A DNA stretch of 63,188 nt, filler included, from Licmophora abbreviata (taxonomy: Eukaryota), in NCBI GenBank assembly GCA_900291995.1. It is 8 parts of 8 records of this genome, joined end to end, with 100 filler letters (N's around TTAATTAATTAA, not from the genome) between each part and the next. Parts side by side here need not be neighbours in the genome. Positions count along the whole stretch, not along the records: positions 1 to 13,139 come from OLMU01003372.1; 7 more parts are not named here. One strand, given 5' to 3'. The position numbers were made by a program, and so were the translations under genes. Under the pieces are notes generated by a model. The model did not search any database. It was not told the origin of the DNA and saw only the letters and a program-made list of their open reading frames with translations. This document shows positions 1 to 11,254 of this stretch, one piece after another. Position 1 is the stretch's first letter; each line of letters starts with the position of its first letter.

Positions 1-129
1 CGTTCATCGAAGTTCCATTCCGCTCGTCGGCTTCCAGCACAACACCACAACTACCCGTATGATACAGTGTATGACAGTTGCTGACACCTCCACACCTCAA
101 CCACTGTGAGACCGAATATTCCCCGCACC

Positions 130-588
130 ATGACGTTCTCGATTGAAACTCCTGACTCGTACGGCTATGTGATCCTCGCGTGCGGAGTTGGCCCCGTGAT
201 TGCCAGCACCGTGTTGAGTTCCTGGGTGATGCAAGCGCGCAAGGATATGAACGTGGGGTATCCAAACCTATACGCAACTCCCGGCTATCACAAGCAGGCT
301 GACGACTTCAATCGCATCCAACGTGGACACCAGTCGTTGTTTGAGTTTGTCGGAAGCTTTACTCCTCTCGCTTTGGTTGGCGGTTTGAAACATCCAATTA
401 CATGCGCCGTGTCTGGTGTCTGCTTCAGTCTCGGGTACGTCTTGTTTGGATGGGGTTACGGTGATAACAAATTGAAGGTGAAACTGGCCCGTTATGGAAA
501 GGGTGGCTTCATCAAGTGGATTGGATGGTTTGGGGCCTTGGGGTCCAGTGTGTCCCTGGCCGGAAGCATGTTGGGATGGTGGAGCTGA
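130..588 (+). CDS. MAPEG family protein (microsomal glutathione S-transferase 3-like)
   Basis: ATG at 130. Motifs YGYV, ARK..V.YPNLYA and FNRIQRGHQS.FE plus several hydrophobic helices are typical of MGST3/MAPEG. Confidence 0.85.
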   Translation: MTFSIETPDSYGYVILACGVGPVIASTVLSSWVMQARKDMNVGYPNLYATPGYHKQADDFNRIQRGHQSLFEFVGSFTPLALVGGLKHPITCAVSGVCFSLGYVLFGWGYGDNKLKVKLARYGKGGFIKWIGWFGALGSSVSLAGSMLGWWS

Positions 589-1335
589 ACTCTTCCTACG
601 GCTAATGACAAGGTGTAGGCGGAGCTTTTGGGGGTGCGGGATCCAGTGAGCTCTCCTACCTACGACAACAGAAGAACGACGGTTGGATCACTTGGATGGA
701 TTTGCTTGCGAGCGTGCGTGGTGGAGGCTGTTGAGTCTGTCACTACCACAATAACTAGCTAGAGGGGTCAGTACCAGAGAAACTACCATGTACGCGCCAG
801 ACAATTGTAGCTCGTGTTAGCAGTCGTGTATGCGCATAATATCCACAGTCTAGCTGGCCTGAGAGTTCACCTGAACTAATCGCTGACAGCTAGTTGTGCT
901 TGATCCATCGAAGGTTTTGTCGTCTGTCAACGTCCGAAGATACCAGGTCGTCGACAAACGCAACATCAAAAGACTACCGATTCCTGACAGATTCCTATTC
1001 TTTGCTTCTCCTGAGATTCCGTCGCGCCAAAAAATCAGCGTAGATTCCCCGTAGAAAACAGTACACAAAGCAAGATGGAATCCTCCACGTAGCTTCTACG
1101 ACCAAATTTTTCAAATTCACCACATTCAAACCCTTTCATACCAGGATCTACGTGAGCTTCAATGTTCGTCGCTGACTTTGTGACGAGTTTTACGTCAGGA
1201 TTCCTTGTACACCTGCCCCAAAAACTGGCGCGCTTGTCCTCAGTTTTTGACTGTCAACATAAAGTTGAACTAGCCATCGTTGTTGTTGCATTGTTACGTC
1301 TTTTCTCCCTGTTTCATACCTCTATCTTCACCACC

Positions 1336-2901
1336 ATGCCTACTGTACATTCGGATATCACCAAGGAATTCAGCCGGGGGGCGAGTTTCCTCGAGGAAGC
1401 GAATCATTTGCGTTCACCCACCGAACTGACCAAAACTCACCAAAAATTGCCGCCAACAAGCAACTTTGCTGTTTCTCCTGCTCCAACCGACAAGGTCCTG
1501 GGCAGCGAAGGTCTCTACTCTCCAAGGAGTGACTCGTCCTCCGTATCATCCAGCAGCGATGAAGACGAAGACTCGTCCTTCGCCTTGAAGACTCTCAAGA
1601 AGGAACTTGCGGCTGTCACGCCTTCGCCGCCGAAAGTCCTCAACCAGTCGCTGCTGAGCGATGACGAAGACTCCTTCACGATCCAGGAAATCAAGGAGGA
1701 AACCAGCAAGATTGTCAAGTCGGACCATAAGCGTGCCGAAGAGGCCGGACTTCACCAGCCCGAGCCTCTATTGATCGAGAACCCCAATCGCTTTGTCTTG
1801 TTTCCCATTCAAGATGATGATGTAAGTAACACTCTGTGCTCGTGCGGCGACGGAAGAGATAAAGACTGGAGGAGCATCGCCACAACTTCAATCCTATTTC
1901 AGCCTTTGATTTTGCGTTTTTCGCTCTCTCTGACTCACGCACTCATTCTTCGTCCGTCATCGTGTACCTCTCGCTACTAATACTCACGGCGACCCGCAGA
2001 TCTGGCAAATGTACAAAAAAGCAGAAGCTTCCTTCTGGACAGCGGAAGAGATTGACCTCGCGTCCGACCTCAAGGACTGGGATGGGCTCACCACGAATGA
2101 GCGCCACTTCATCTCCCACGTCTTGGCCTTCTTCGCCGCCTCCGACGGCATTGTCAACGAGAACCTGGCCGCCAACTTTGCCACGGAGATCCAGTCGGCT
2201 GAAGCCCGCTGCTTTTACGGCTTCCAGATTGCCGTGGAGAACATTCATAGCGAAACCTACTCGCTTCTCATCGACACGTACATCCGTGATGCCGTGCAGA
2301 AGGATCATCTCCTTAACGCATCGAGACGGTCGACTGCGTTGAGAAGAAGGCCAAGTGGGCACTTCATTGGTGCGAGCGCGACAATGCGTCCTTTGCCGAG
2401 CGTTGCATTGCCTTTGCCGCCGTCGAGGGGATCTTCTTCTCAGGATCGTTCTGCTCGATCTTTTGGCTGAAGAAGCGCGGACTCATGCCTGGCCTTTGTT
2501 TCTCCAACGAGCTCATCTCCCGCGATGAAGGACTCCACTGCGACTTTGCCTGCATGGTCTACAACAAGCTGGTCAACAAGCTTCCCGAGTCGCGCATTGT
2601 GGAGATTGTCTCGAACGCGGTAGACATTGAGAAGGAATTCGTTGTCGATGCCCTTCCCGTCGAACTCATTGGCATGAACTCTCGTCTCATGTGCCAGTAC
2701 ATTGAGTTCTGCGCTGACCGTCTCCTCGCGGCTCTGGGTTGCTCCCGTCACTACAAGGCTGTCAATCCCTTCGAGTGGATGGAAATGATTAGTCTTCAGG
2801 GCAAGACGAACTTCTTCGAGAAGCGCGTGGGCGAGTACTCCAAGAGTGGTGTCGGTGTCGAGGCTTCCAAGCAAGTCTTTGACATGGATGCTGACTTTTA
2901 G
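1336..2901 (+). CDS. RNR2: Ribonucleotide reductase small subunit (R2); apparent 1-nt deletion at about 2319
   Basis: Exon 1336-1821 ([15 protein letters not shown]), GT-AG intron 1822-1999, then [50 protein letters not shown] and terminal DADF. The frame changes at aac-gc-atc-gag. Confidence 0.93.
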
Positions 2902-3246
2902 ATAAGGCGTGCTGCTCCATACGGGGACGCACTATTCTTTTTGGATTGAATCTAGAGAAAGAATGCACCTCTTCTGAGATAACTGTTAGCGCATTTCGCG
3001 ATGCGTTGGCGATCTGTTTCGAATGATTGAAAGTCGGTCGGGCACTTTACGTTTCGACTGCATGTGTAGCGAATGGGTAGACAAAAGTAATATATAATGG
3101 GGACCACTGTTCATGTTGCTACCTACTATCACACTCTACTGCAGGACTAGCAGATACTTTGTCGTAGATTATGTTGTGATGCTGGGTACACAAAAGATAT
3201 CCAGTTGACTACCGGTAGATCGTCATTGCCACAGGGCATGAGCGTG

Positions 3247-4380
3247 TCACCACCCATACTTTCGTTTCGCACCTGCTCGCTTACTGCCATTCGGACCTTG
3301 TCCCATGGTACGCGCCCGCTGCAATTCCAGGGAAGCAGCATTCGCCAAGAGTTGATTAATTTGATGCTTCGAGCGCTGCTTGGATGTCACGGATGCGCCC
3401 GCCACATCCGTACCCTTGCTGGGGTCGTACATTTGCACCTGTGTCATCTTGACGGTATTGGAAGTATCAACCTGGTATGTTTCTTGTTGGGGTTGATAGA
3501 CGGGTTGCGACCCTTCCACGATCTGTACACCGCCATCATTGAGGGCAGCAAAGTTTCCACTTCGCAATGCCTTTTGCATCTCTTGACGTGATCTCTTCTT
3601 CGAACGACTGTTGTTTTCGGCATTTGGGGTGGGCTGCTGCTGCTGATATGGTTGACCGGCCGCTTCCACCACCGATGAATACGATGCCACGGGCGGTGTT
3701 GTCACAATGGTGGGACGGGCACTCGGTCGTGGCACGGAAGCTACTGATGTGCTCCCGCTGTGGATGGGTGCCGCACGTACCGTCTTGAGTGATGCTTGCT
3801 TGGACATATCACCAGTCACCGCCTTGCGTGCTTCTCCATGAATGTCTATCACCATTGGCTCATCTTGCGTAGACTTTCGAACTGTCTGTGTTGTCATGAA
3901 CGCCGCTCCGAGTGGCTGTGATGCAGGAGAGACACCTCTGATGTCGTGTGTCGATCCAGTCGGCGTGGCGGCTACTGTCGTTGTGGTCAAGAATGGTGTT
4001 GTGGTGGGAGCCGCGTGTAAGTCTGACAAGAGGGAGGAAATTCCACTGTCCTGTGTGGTGACGTGTCGCGTTTTCGGAACGGACTCCTGCAGTTTCTCGT
4101 CGTCGTCGTCGCTGTCGTCGTAGAGTGGATCAGACGTATTCGTAGTATTGGTCGATGTCACGAGCTGGTCCAAAATGTGTCGAGGCAAGACGGCATGCAA
4201 CGATACGAGCTTTCTTCCCTTCCGGTGAATCTTGGAAGATGGGGTACGGGCGATGACTGTCTCACCAGCAGAGTGAGCCGCTGCTGCTGTTGCTGTGGGT
4301 GGTCGAGCAGGACCCGCGTTATCAAGTCCGCCTTCGGACGAGCCGCTGTCGTCTGATCCGTAGCCACCTAATAAGTCCAT
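3247..4380 (-). CDS. PRCC-like proline-rich protein
   Basis: N-terminal MDLLGGYGSDD and C-terminal KHQINQLL...AKRKYGW match the PRCC family termini. Confidence 0.8.
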   Translation of the reverse strand: MDLLGGYGSDDSGSSEGGLDNAGPARPPTATAAAAHSAGETVIARTPSSKIHRKGRKLVSLHAVLPRHILDQLVTSTNTTNTSDPLYDDSDDDDEKLQESVPKTRHVTTQDSGISSLLSDLHAAPTTTPFLTTTTVAATPTGSTHDIRGVSPASQPLGAAFMTTQTVRKSTQDEPMVIDIHGEARKAVTGDMSKQASLKTVRAAPIHSGSTSVASVPRPSARPTIVTTPPVASYSSVVEAAGQPYQQQQPTPNAENNSRSKKRSRQEMQKALRSGNFAALNDGGVQIVEGSQPVYQPQQETYQVDTSNTVKMTQVQMYDPSKGTDVAGASVTSKQRSKHQINQLLANAASLELQRARTMGQGPNGSKRAGAKRKYGW

Positions 4381-4794
4381 TCTTTGAATTCACAGCACCA
4401 AGGTACTAATCCAATCTTAGGGTACTGGGGAAGAGTCAAACGAGAAGCGATGCGGTGGTGAGGGGGAGGGATCGCCGCCGCGTTTGGTCCCATCTCTCAT
4501 GGTGGAGACAGCAAGCATCACGGCGAACTGTGTCTCGCCGTCTGCCGTCGTCAGTCGATCATCCTCGGCGAAGGACAGACGAATGAATCCTGACACGTGA
4601 TGAATGTCGAACGGGAGAAAAGAAGATCTCATCGCCATGACACGAACAAATCGTCCCTAGACAACAGCTTGATTGCCTTTTCGCTTGCCTTTTGTCTTCG
4701 CAGTACTACTGTATGCAACAGTATCTCACTCTCACATTGTAGGTATCGTTTTTATATAAAAGAAGGAAAATCGAACCTGTATTTTCCCAGTACG

Positions 4795-6212
4795 ATGCTG
4801 TGTTCCGTTCCGCCTCGCACGACCTATCTCTTGACGGGGGACATTGGCGGCACCAACAGTCGCCTTGGCTTTTACGACGTCTCAAGCAACATTCCCCTGT
4901 GCGTCAAGTACTATAGCAACGAAAAGAATCTTCCCAAAAAACAAGACAACATCTTTGAACAAAATGTACTGGCACCCTTTCTCGAATACTGCTGGGAGAC
5001 AGTTCATGGCCTGGAAAAGCTCGATCAGTGTGAGATCGTTGCGTGTTTAGCGATTGCAGGACCCGTGTCAGACAATCGGGTGAAAATGAGTAATCTACAC
5101 GACATTGTCGTCGATGGGGATGTGATTGAAAAGAATACTTCCAATGTCCACCTGGCACGGATTCAGGTCTGCCGTTTGATCAATGACTTTGTTGCCCAGG
5201 GGTATGGCTGCCTCACGCTGGAACCTCATGAAGTGAAGGAATTGACTCCTAATTCTCATGGCTTGATCAACTGCAGTGGTCCCAAAGTCTGTGTTGGTGC
5301 CGGTACCGGATTGGGGGAATGCTTTCTGACTCCCGGCGCGGATGGCAGTTATTCGTGCTTTCCGAGCGAAGGTGGTCACGTGGAATTTAGTCCTCGGACT
5401 CCCGAGCAGATTGAACTCTTGCAGTTCCTCATGGAGAAATTCAAGGAAAAGCACCGCGTTTCCGTGGAACGGGTCGTCAGCGGCAAGGGATTGGCCAATG
5501 TCTATGAGTTCTTGGCGCAACGCTATCCCGACCGTGTCGACCCCAAGGTGCACGAGGAATTTTTGAAGGGTGGCGACTTGCAGGGCCGAGTGGTGGCGAC
5601 CAATGCGACTCTAGGGAGTCTCTGTCTGGATGCTATGGACATTACGATGAGGTACGGTATGGGTTCAGTTATGAGAGGTGCTTCGATGCGTTTGATTCGT
5701 CACTACCTTGGTCGTTCACTCTTCTCGCTGTCTCCCTTGTGGTTCCAGTGCCTACGGCTGCGAGGTTGGAAGTGCTGCCATCAAGTTCATCCCAACCGGA
5801 GGTATGTTTGTGACAGGCGGCCTGACACCGAAAAACATTCACTTTATCGAAGGAGAGGACACTCAGTTTATGCGGGCCTATCGCGACAAGGGTCGAGTGG
5901 GCCCTCTGTTAGACAAGATTCCTCTGTTTGCTGTCATGGTGGAAGATTTGGGTGTGCGTGGAGCACACAAGTGTGCGGTCATTGTAAGTACCCTGGTGTG
6001 GGGCCTGATTGTAGTGAAAGAGTGAATGTGAGTGCCGCTTATGCGATTTTTCTTGGTGCTATCTGGATCTGCAGGAATACGAGAAGATTCGAGCGGTAGA
6101 CCAACGGCCTGCGTCCAAAGAGAAGCGCGCATATGGACCATTGTTGGTGGCTGGGGCCGCGGCAGCAGCCATGGCTTTCGGAATTCTGTGGGGTGGTGTT
6201 CGTAGGAAGTAG
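4795..6212 (+). CDS. GLK: Bacterial-type glucokinase (Glk) with C-terminal transmembrane tail
   Basis: Motifs GDIGGTNSRL, INDFVAQGYG, GAGTGLGE, SEGGH and ERVVSGKG. Exons 4795-5651, 5749-5983 and 6075-6212 join in frame across GT-AG introns. Confidence 0.9.
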
Positions 6213-6297
6213 TCGAAAGAGCGTGCTGAACATCCAGGCTTGGGACATGCAGATACGAACGATACGATTCAATGAGATAGCGTGTGTCAAACATATA

Positions 6298-6897
6298 CTA
6301 CCATTCTTCGTCTGCTGGAGGCTTTGCTTCCGTCGACGACATTCCACCGTCTTTGGTACCGTCTGGCGCGTCATCGGCCAAGACTTGCTTCAAAGAAAAA
6401 CGTGGTATCTTGAATAGTACCATAAGGACCTTGAACTTGGCTCGCAGTCGCTGCATCTTTCCCATTATATCCAAAGATTCTACCGGTTGCTGCAATTCTG
6501 AATCGTTTTCCGCACTACCATCCCCCGATGACGATACCGATCGAAACACCTCGTCCGGCGACGGAAATTCGTCTATGCCACGTCGAAGTTCATCGGCGAC
6601 TTTTCGTATTCTACCGAGCCTTGTATTGCTCGAATCCTCTTGTCGATTTGACAAAAGCGCTTCCTCAACAGCCTTCAATGCACCCCGCATGAACCCCAGT
6701 TCCATGCCAAACTCGACGCCCTTGCTGCGTCCTAGCGCAAAACCCTCTTCGAATCCCGCTTGCAATCCAGCTTGATGGCCTTCGGCTCGGCCCTCTTCCA
6801 TAAATGACTCATGAGGATTCACGCAGACTTCATCCCATGATATAGAAGCAGACGACTGCCGTCGATCGTCGTCGTCGTCGTCGTTGGCAACAGACAT
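6298..6897 (-). CDS. Yae1/LTO1 (ORAOV1)-like protein, CIA adaptor
   Basis: Repeated Gx3 motif EEGRAEGHQAGLQAGFEEGFALGRSKGVEFGMELGFMRG. Confidence 0.75.
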   Translation of the reverse strand: MSVANDDDDDDRRQSSASISWDEVCVNPHESFMEEGRAEGHQAGLQAGFEEGFALGRSKGVEFGMELGFMRGALKAVEEALLSNRQEDSSNTRLGRIRKVADELRRGIDEFPSPDEVFRSVSSSGDGSAENDSELQQPVESLDIMGKMQRLRAKFKVLMVLFKIPRFSLKQVLADDAPDGTKDGGMSSTEAKPPADEEW

Positions 6898-7222
6898 GGT
6901 GGTGTGTTGCTCTCGTCACACATCACGCAGCTTTTTGCTCGAACACTTTTCCGAAGGCGCGCCCGTCCGTACGGCGTCAGAAAACCGGTAGATCCGTCCG
7001 TCCCCCCTCCCACAACATCAGTTCGTTCGGCCAGAAGTTGGAAGAGAAGACGACTGCAACTTTGCCCGCCTCTCACCGCCCATGAAGCCTACAACTAAGA
7101 TCTAATAAAAGCAGAACGCGATGGAGTAGCTGGTGCAGCGTTAACCGAGGGTTACGTAGTCAAGCCATGAATCATCACACGCAAAAGGACGCTCGCTCTG
7201 CCCACTGCCGATCACCAAGCAT

Positions 7223-7790
7223 TTAGTCGCTCTTTCCGGTCTTTTCGACATTGGTCATCATTTCAGCAATCTTGGCATCCAGACGGTCTTCCGCTTCTGA
7301 CTCGAGCTTTTTGATTTCGGATTCAAAGTCCTTCTCGACCCACTTGGTGCCCTCCGGAGGAGCCCATTCAGCTTGGAGTGCCGATTGCTTTACAAATGCT
7401 CTGTAAGCATCATCGACAAGAGTTGCAAATCACGAACAAGAATCCAGCAGGAGACGACAGAGAAGGGAAACAGAAAAACGGAGGATAGGAGGTGAGAAAT
7501 TATCCATCGAGACGATCGCCATGGTCGGGCCCGTGTCCCCAGGGCCGGGTGTCGTCGGAGGGGCATTTCCTCCGGGTCATGATACGTAGAAACTCAGTAG
7601 AAAGCCAAGTAGAAAGTGACCACGTACGCGAACTTGGTCCAACACCACCATGCGCGACCGCTTTGAGAGGCAAAATTCATCCAATCCTTCCATCTTTCCT
7701 GATTTCTACATTGTGTACACACCTGGAGGCCGGAGCGAATGCAGAGGCAGAAGCCACTAGGGCAGCAACGATGGCAATTTGCTTCATCAT
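7223..7790 (-). CDS. Small plastid-targeted protein of unknown function (81 aa, 2 exons)
   Basis: Exon 7790-7723 encodes MMKQIAIVAALVASASAFAPAS. A GT-AG intron spans 7722-7401. Exon 7400-7223 continues in frame RAFVKQSALQAEWAPPEGTKWVEKDFESEIKKLESEAEDRLDAKIAEMMTNVEKTGKSD*. Confidence 0.8.
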
Positions 7791-8073
7791 GGTAGTCAAC
7801 AAGAGTCTGGCGTTGTCTCTGTGAGGTAATCTCGGTTACCGGTGTTCTACGTGACTTCTCAGTATCTCTCTACGTACGTGCGTATAGTAGGCAAACCCAT
7901 AACCCGATTTTGTTCGAATTCGAAAATCAGAACATTCCCGACTCCTTGCGACGAGGTCGCACAAAATTTGTTCATCTCAGTTTTTTCAGGTTTCAGGTTT
8001 CACCTCATGCTGCTATTTCCCTCTCTGCTGTTGTTCTTTCGCAGTTCATGCACGTTCTAATCACTCCATTACC

Positions 8074-9852
8074 ATGGGGACGTCTGCTACGAAACTAGTT
8101 CGTACGAGAGAACAGGAGGACATTAAATATTTAGGCGACCGCTTTCCCTTTGGCGACGCTGAACTCGTGCGCCTGTACCGCGCCTATGCTGACTATCGGC
8201 GTCATGACAAAGGCACGTCATTCCTGAGCGACTTGGCACGACACAGTGTCGTGTTGCCTATGGGAGAGGTAGATGATGAGAATGGAACGAGGCTGCAAGC
8301 TTTAAAAGAAAAGCAAAGTGCGCTCATGCAGGTAGTCGAGACAGAAATTTTGCCTCCCGGTTTTGGCGGACGACTGGAGCATGTAGCGTTTCTACGACCT
8401 GCCGATCGAAGCGCGCAGAAAGAACAGCAAGAGGATGAATATGTTCGCATGGCACGACTTGATACCTTCTTTGATGGAATCGCAAACTGTGAGCGACGCG
8501 GCGGGCGTGCGGCATTGGGAACGCTCTTTCAGTTGTGCGCGGAGGGGCAGCACGATCCTGCGAACTCAAAAGACCTGGTCGATTCCAAGGGTGATGAAAT
8601 CAGGGCAAAAGTCAGCGATGTTCTGGATATGGCGTATCGTGTATCCCTTGCTACGGCATTATTGCGTGCTTCGGAACCAGAAGGCCGAGAAGGGCTACTG
8701 CCTGAAAGCGACTCGGCTCAGACTAAGGGGCTGCAGTCTCTCACAACCTCGTGTCTCGATCATGTCCACCGACAGCGCATACGACGAAGCGTTGCCGTGG
8801 ACGGGATGAATGATTCGGATCTGGATCAAGGCATTTGTAGCAAGATGGATTTTTTGGAGTGGTCCGAAGCGACGGCTCCCTTGTTGTCGTCGATTCTACC
8901 CACGTTCATGCACTTTCTCTTGTTTCCAGAAAAGGCCTACCCACCATCGCGCACACCTTTCGCCTTTCCACGATTACCAGACGAAAGTACCTTCTTTCGA
9001 ACATCCAACTCATCTCTGCTGTTTTCTTTCGCTTCCATGTCGAAATCTCTGGGAGGATCGGTAGGTTCTGTGTGGGTTGATAGAGTGCTCCGTTGCAGTC
9101 GCTTGTTCAGGAGTCCACTCTCTCACTCATTCCAAAACGGTGTCCCAAACTTGTAGTGGCATCGATTGTATACGTCTGCATCAGATGGCTTGTCGTTCAA
9201 TCGATTGCAGAACGCGCTTCTAGGCTACGGAGGTCCCACTCTTATGATAATTCAGGCAACCAACGGTGGTATTTTTGGTGCTTTCACAGCTTCTCCTTGG
9301 AAAGAATCCAAGGGATACTACGGTAATTCTGACTGCTTTCTATATCAATTGTTGCCCACAACAGCTGTGTATCGCCCGAGCGGCAGTGGTACCAACTACA
9401 TGTACTGCAACTCGGAGGCACGATCGCGTGGATACGATCAGCTCCCCCATGGCATTGGCTTTGGTGGGAGCACGGCCGAGGGACCACGACTCTTCATTTC
9501 CGAATCCTTTGACGACTGTGTCGCCTCCTCGCAAGACTTGACCTTTCAAACAGGACCTCTTCTCGCAAAGAGTGACAGATCGCTTCAAAAAGTGTTTGAT
9601 ATTGACTCTCTCGAAGTATGGGGCTGCGGAGGAGACGATGTGGTGGCGGAGGCGTTGGAGAGTCGCAGTCGGCAGAGGGAACTGCGAGCGTCGCACATCC
9701 AGAAGGCCCGCAAGGTGGACAAGGCTGCTTTTCTGGACGACTTTGGTTCAGGTTTGATTGAGAGCAAGGCCTTCAAGCACCGCGACCAAATACAGGGCAG
9801 CTCCCGCGTTGAATCTGATGAACGCATGAAAGCGTTTGTTTGCAAAAAGTAG
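8074..9852 (+). CDS. TLDc-domain protein with putative N-myristoylation (MEAK7/TLDC1-like)
   Basis: MGTSAT start. Intron 9061-9156. WHRLYTSASDGLSFNRL, FGAF, GIGFGG and LEVWG are TLDc motifs. Confidence 0.85.
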
Positions 9853-9933
9853 ATTTATGTTTCGTTTAGAGTACTGGACACACGAGGAGCAGAGGAGTAA
9901 ATATACAGAGCATTCTAGAGGACGAAACTACGG

Positions 9934-10857
9934 TTATCGATGTGTCTGACGAATCTTGTACGTCGGAAGCGAAGTCGTTGGAGTACGATATTCCTTCGCA
10001 TCGCGTTCGGCAAATTCCTGCTTCAGCTTGAGCACAACGGTTGCTTCCTCTTCATTATCATATAGTGCGACGGGTTGCTCGGTTCCGTCACGCTCTTCTA
10101 TGAGCTCAAACCACAGCTTGGAATCGAATGAGGCTCTTTCGAGTGCTGAGTCAGATGGTGCCGACTGCATCGATTCGTCATGTTGCTTTGTGTCGGACGA
10201 CGATACACTCTGAATGGATTCCACATGTTCCGAGTCATCCTGTACTTGTGCTGTTTGAGCCTTCTCTTGTGCTTCTTTCTTTTTCTGTTCCAGCGCCTGA
10301 TTATATTGGTGCACGAGTCCTGGAAGCGTCGATTCCTTATCTGCTGGCACCACACTGTGTTCGAGAATCAGCGACGCTTCGAGGGGAGTCATACGTTTCA
10401 CGTCGGCTGCGTCATAGCGGAGTCTCTCCGTCAGTTCCTGCCGCTGGGCCGATGTGATCATGAATGCCACCTTGGCAGTCTTTCTGTTGGAATTTGGATT
10501 ACTCGACTGCGACGCCGTGCGGCCAGCGTTCATGACATCACTGCCTGTAGTGTCCTGATTCATGAACCACGTCGGAGCACTGACCGGCAAGAGCGAGGCT
10601 CGTTCCTTCTTTATGTATTCCAGTGGCCCATAGTATCGCATACGATTTACTTCTCTATCGATTGATAGCAACGACATTGCAAGGCCATTTTGATTCGACC
10701 GTGCCTGATGCATCAAGACGTCTTTCCAGGAAGTCTGCTGCTGCCGTGAGGAGGATTGAGCCAGGGCACGGAACAAGTCATAGCTTTGCCTTCCCAAAAC
10801 CAACGAGCGATCCCAGGCTTGGCGAAACGCGGCTGTTTTGTAAGTAGAAGAGAACAT
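9934..10857 (-). CDS. Hypothetical protein (307 aa)
   Basis: Long ATG-initiated ORF filling the space between convergent and divergent neighbours. No family recognised. Confidence 0.6.
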   Translation of the reverse strand: MFSSTYKTAAFRQAWDRSLVLGRQSYDLFRALAQSSSRQQQTSWKDVLMHQARSNQNGLAMSLLSIDREVNRMRYYGPLEYIKKERASLLPVSAPTWFMNQDTTGSDVMNAGRTASQSSNPNSNRKTAKVAFMITSAQRQELTERLRYDAADVKRMTPLEASLILEHSVVPADKESTLPGLVHQYNQALEQKKKEAQEKAQTAQVQDDSEHVESIQSVSSSDTKQHDESMQSAPSDSALERASFDSKLWFELIEERDGTEQPVALYDNEEEATVVLKLKQEFAERDAKEYRTPTTSLPTYKIRQTHR

Positions 10858-11254
10858 GGAGTGGCTGTAGGAGATGCGATGAAGACACGTACATCAACGA
10901 CGCGACGAGACCAACCGACTGCCGCTGTGCTTTCCCTGTGTGTGGAGGTGTGTGAGAAATTATGGTCCTGAAGCTCAGATCCGTCTGTCGTCGTCAGAGT
11001 GAGTCTTATTGATTTTCTTCGGAACGTGACTGGTTCAGTCACGCATGACTGAAAAACAAAGCGGGTTTGAAGTTGAAAGCAGCTGTGATGCGCGTTCTTT
11101 GTCCAAGTCACAGCCGCCGTTGATGGTCTGCAACTTCCCTGTCCATCAGTGAGGAGCGAGGAGGAAGAGCTGTTGTGGCCCAAAGCCTGGATTACTTCTG
11201 CTGATGAGCATCAGTGATCCTGTCGTATAGAGTTAGTACTGTCAATCTGAGACC

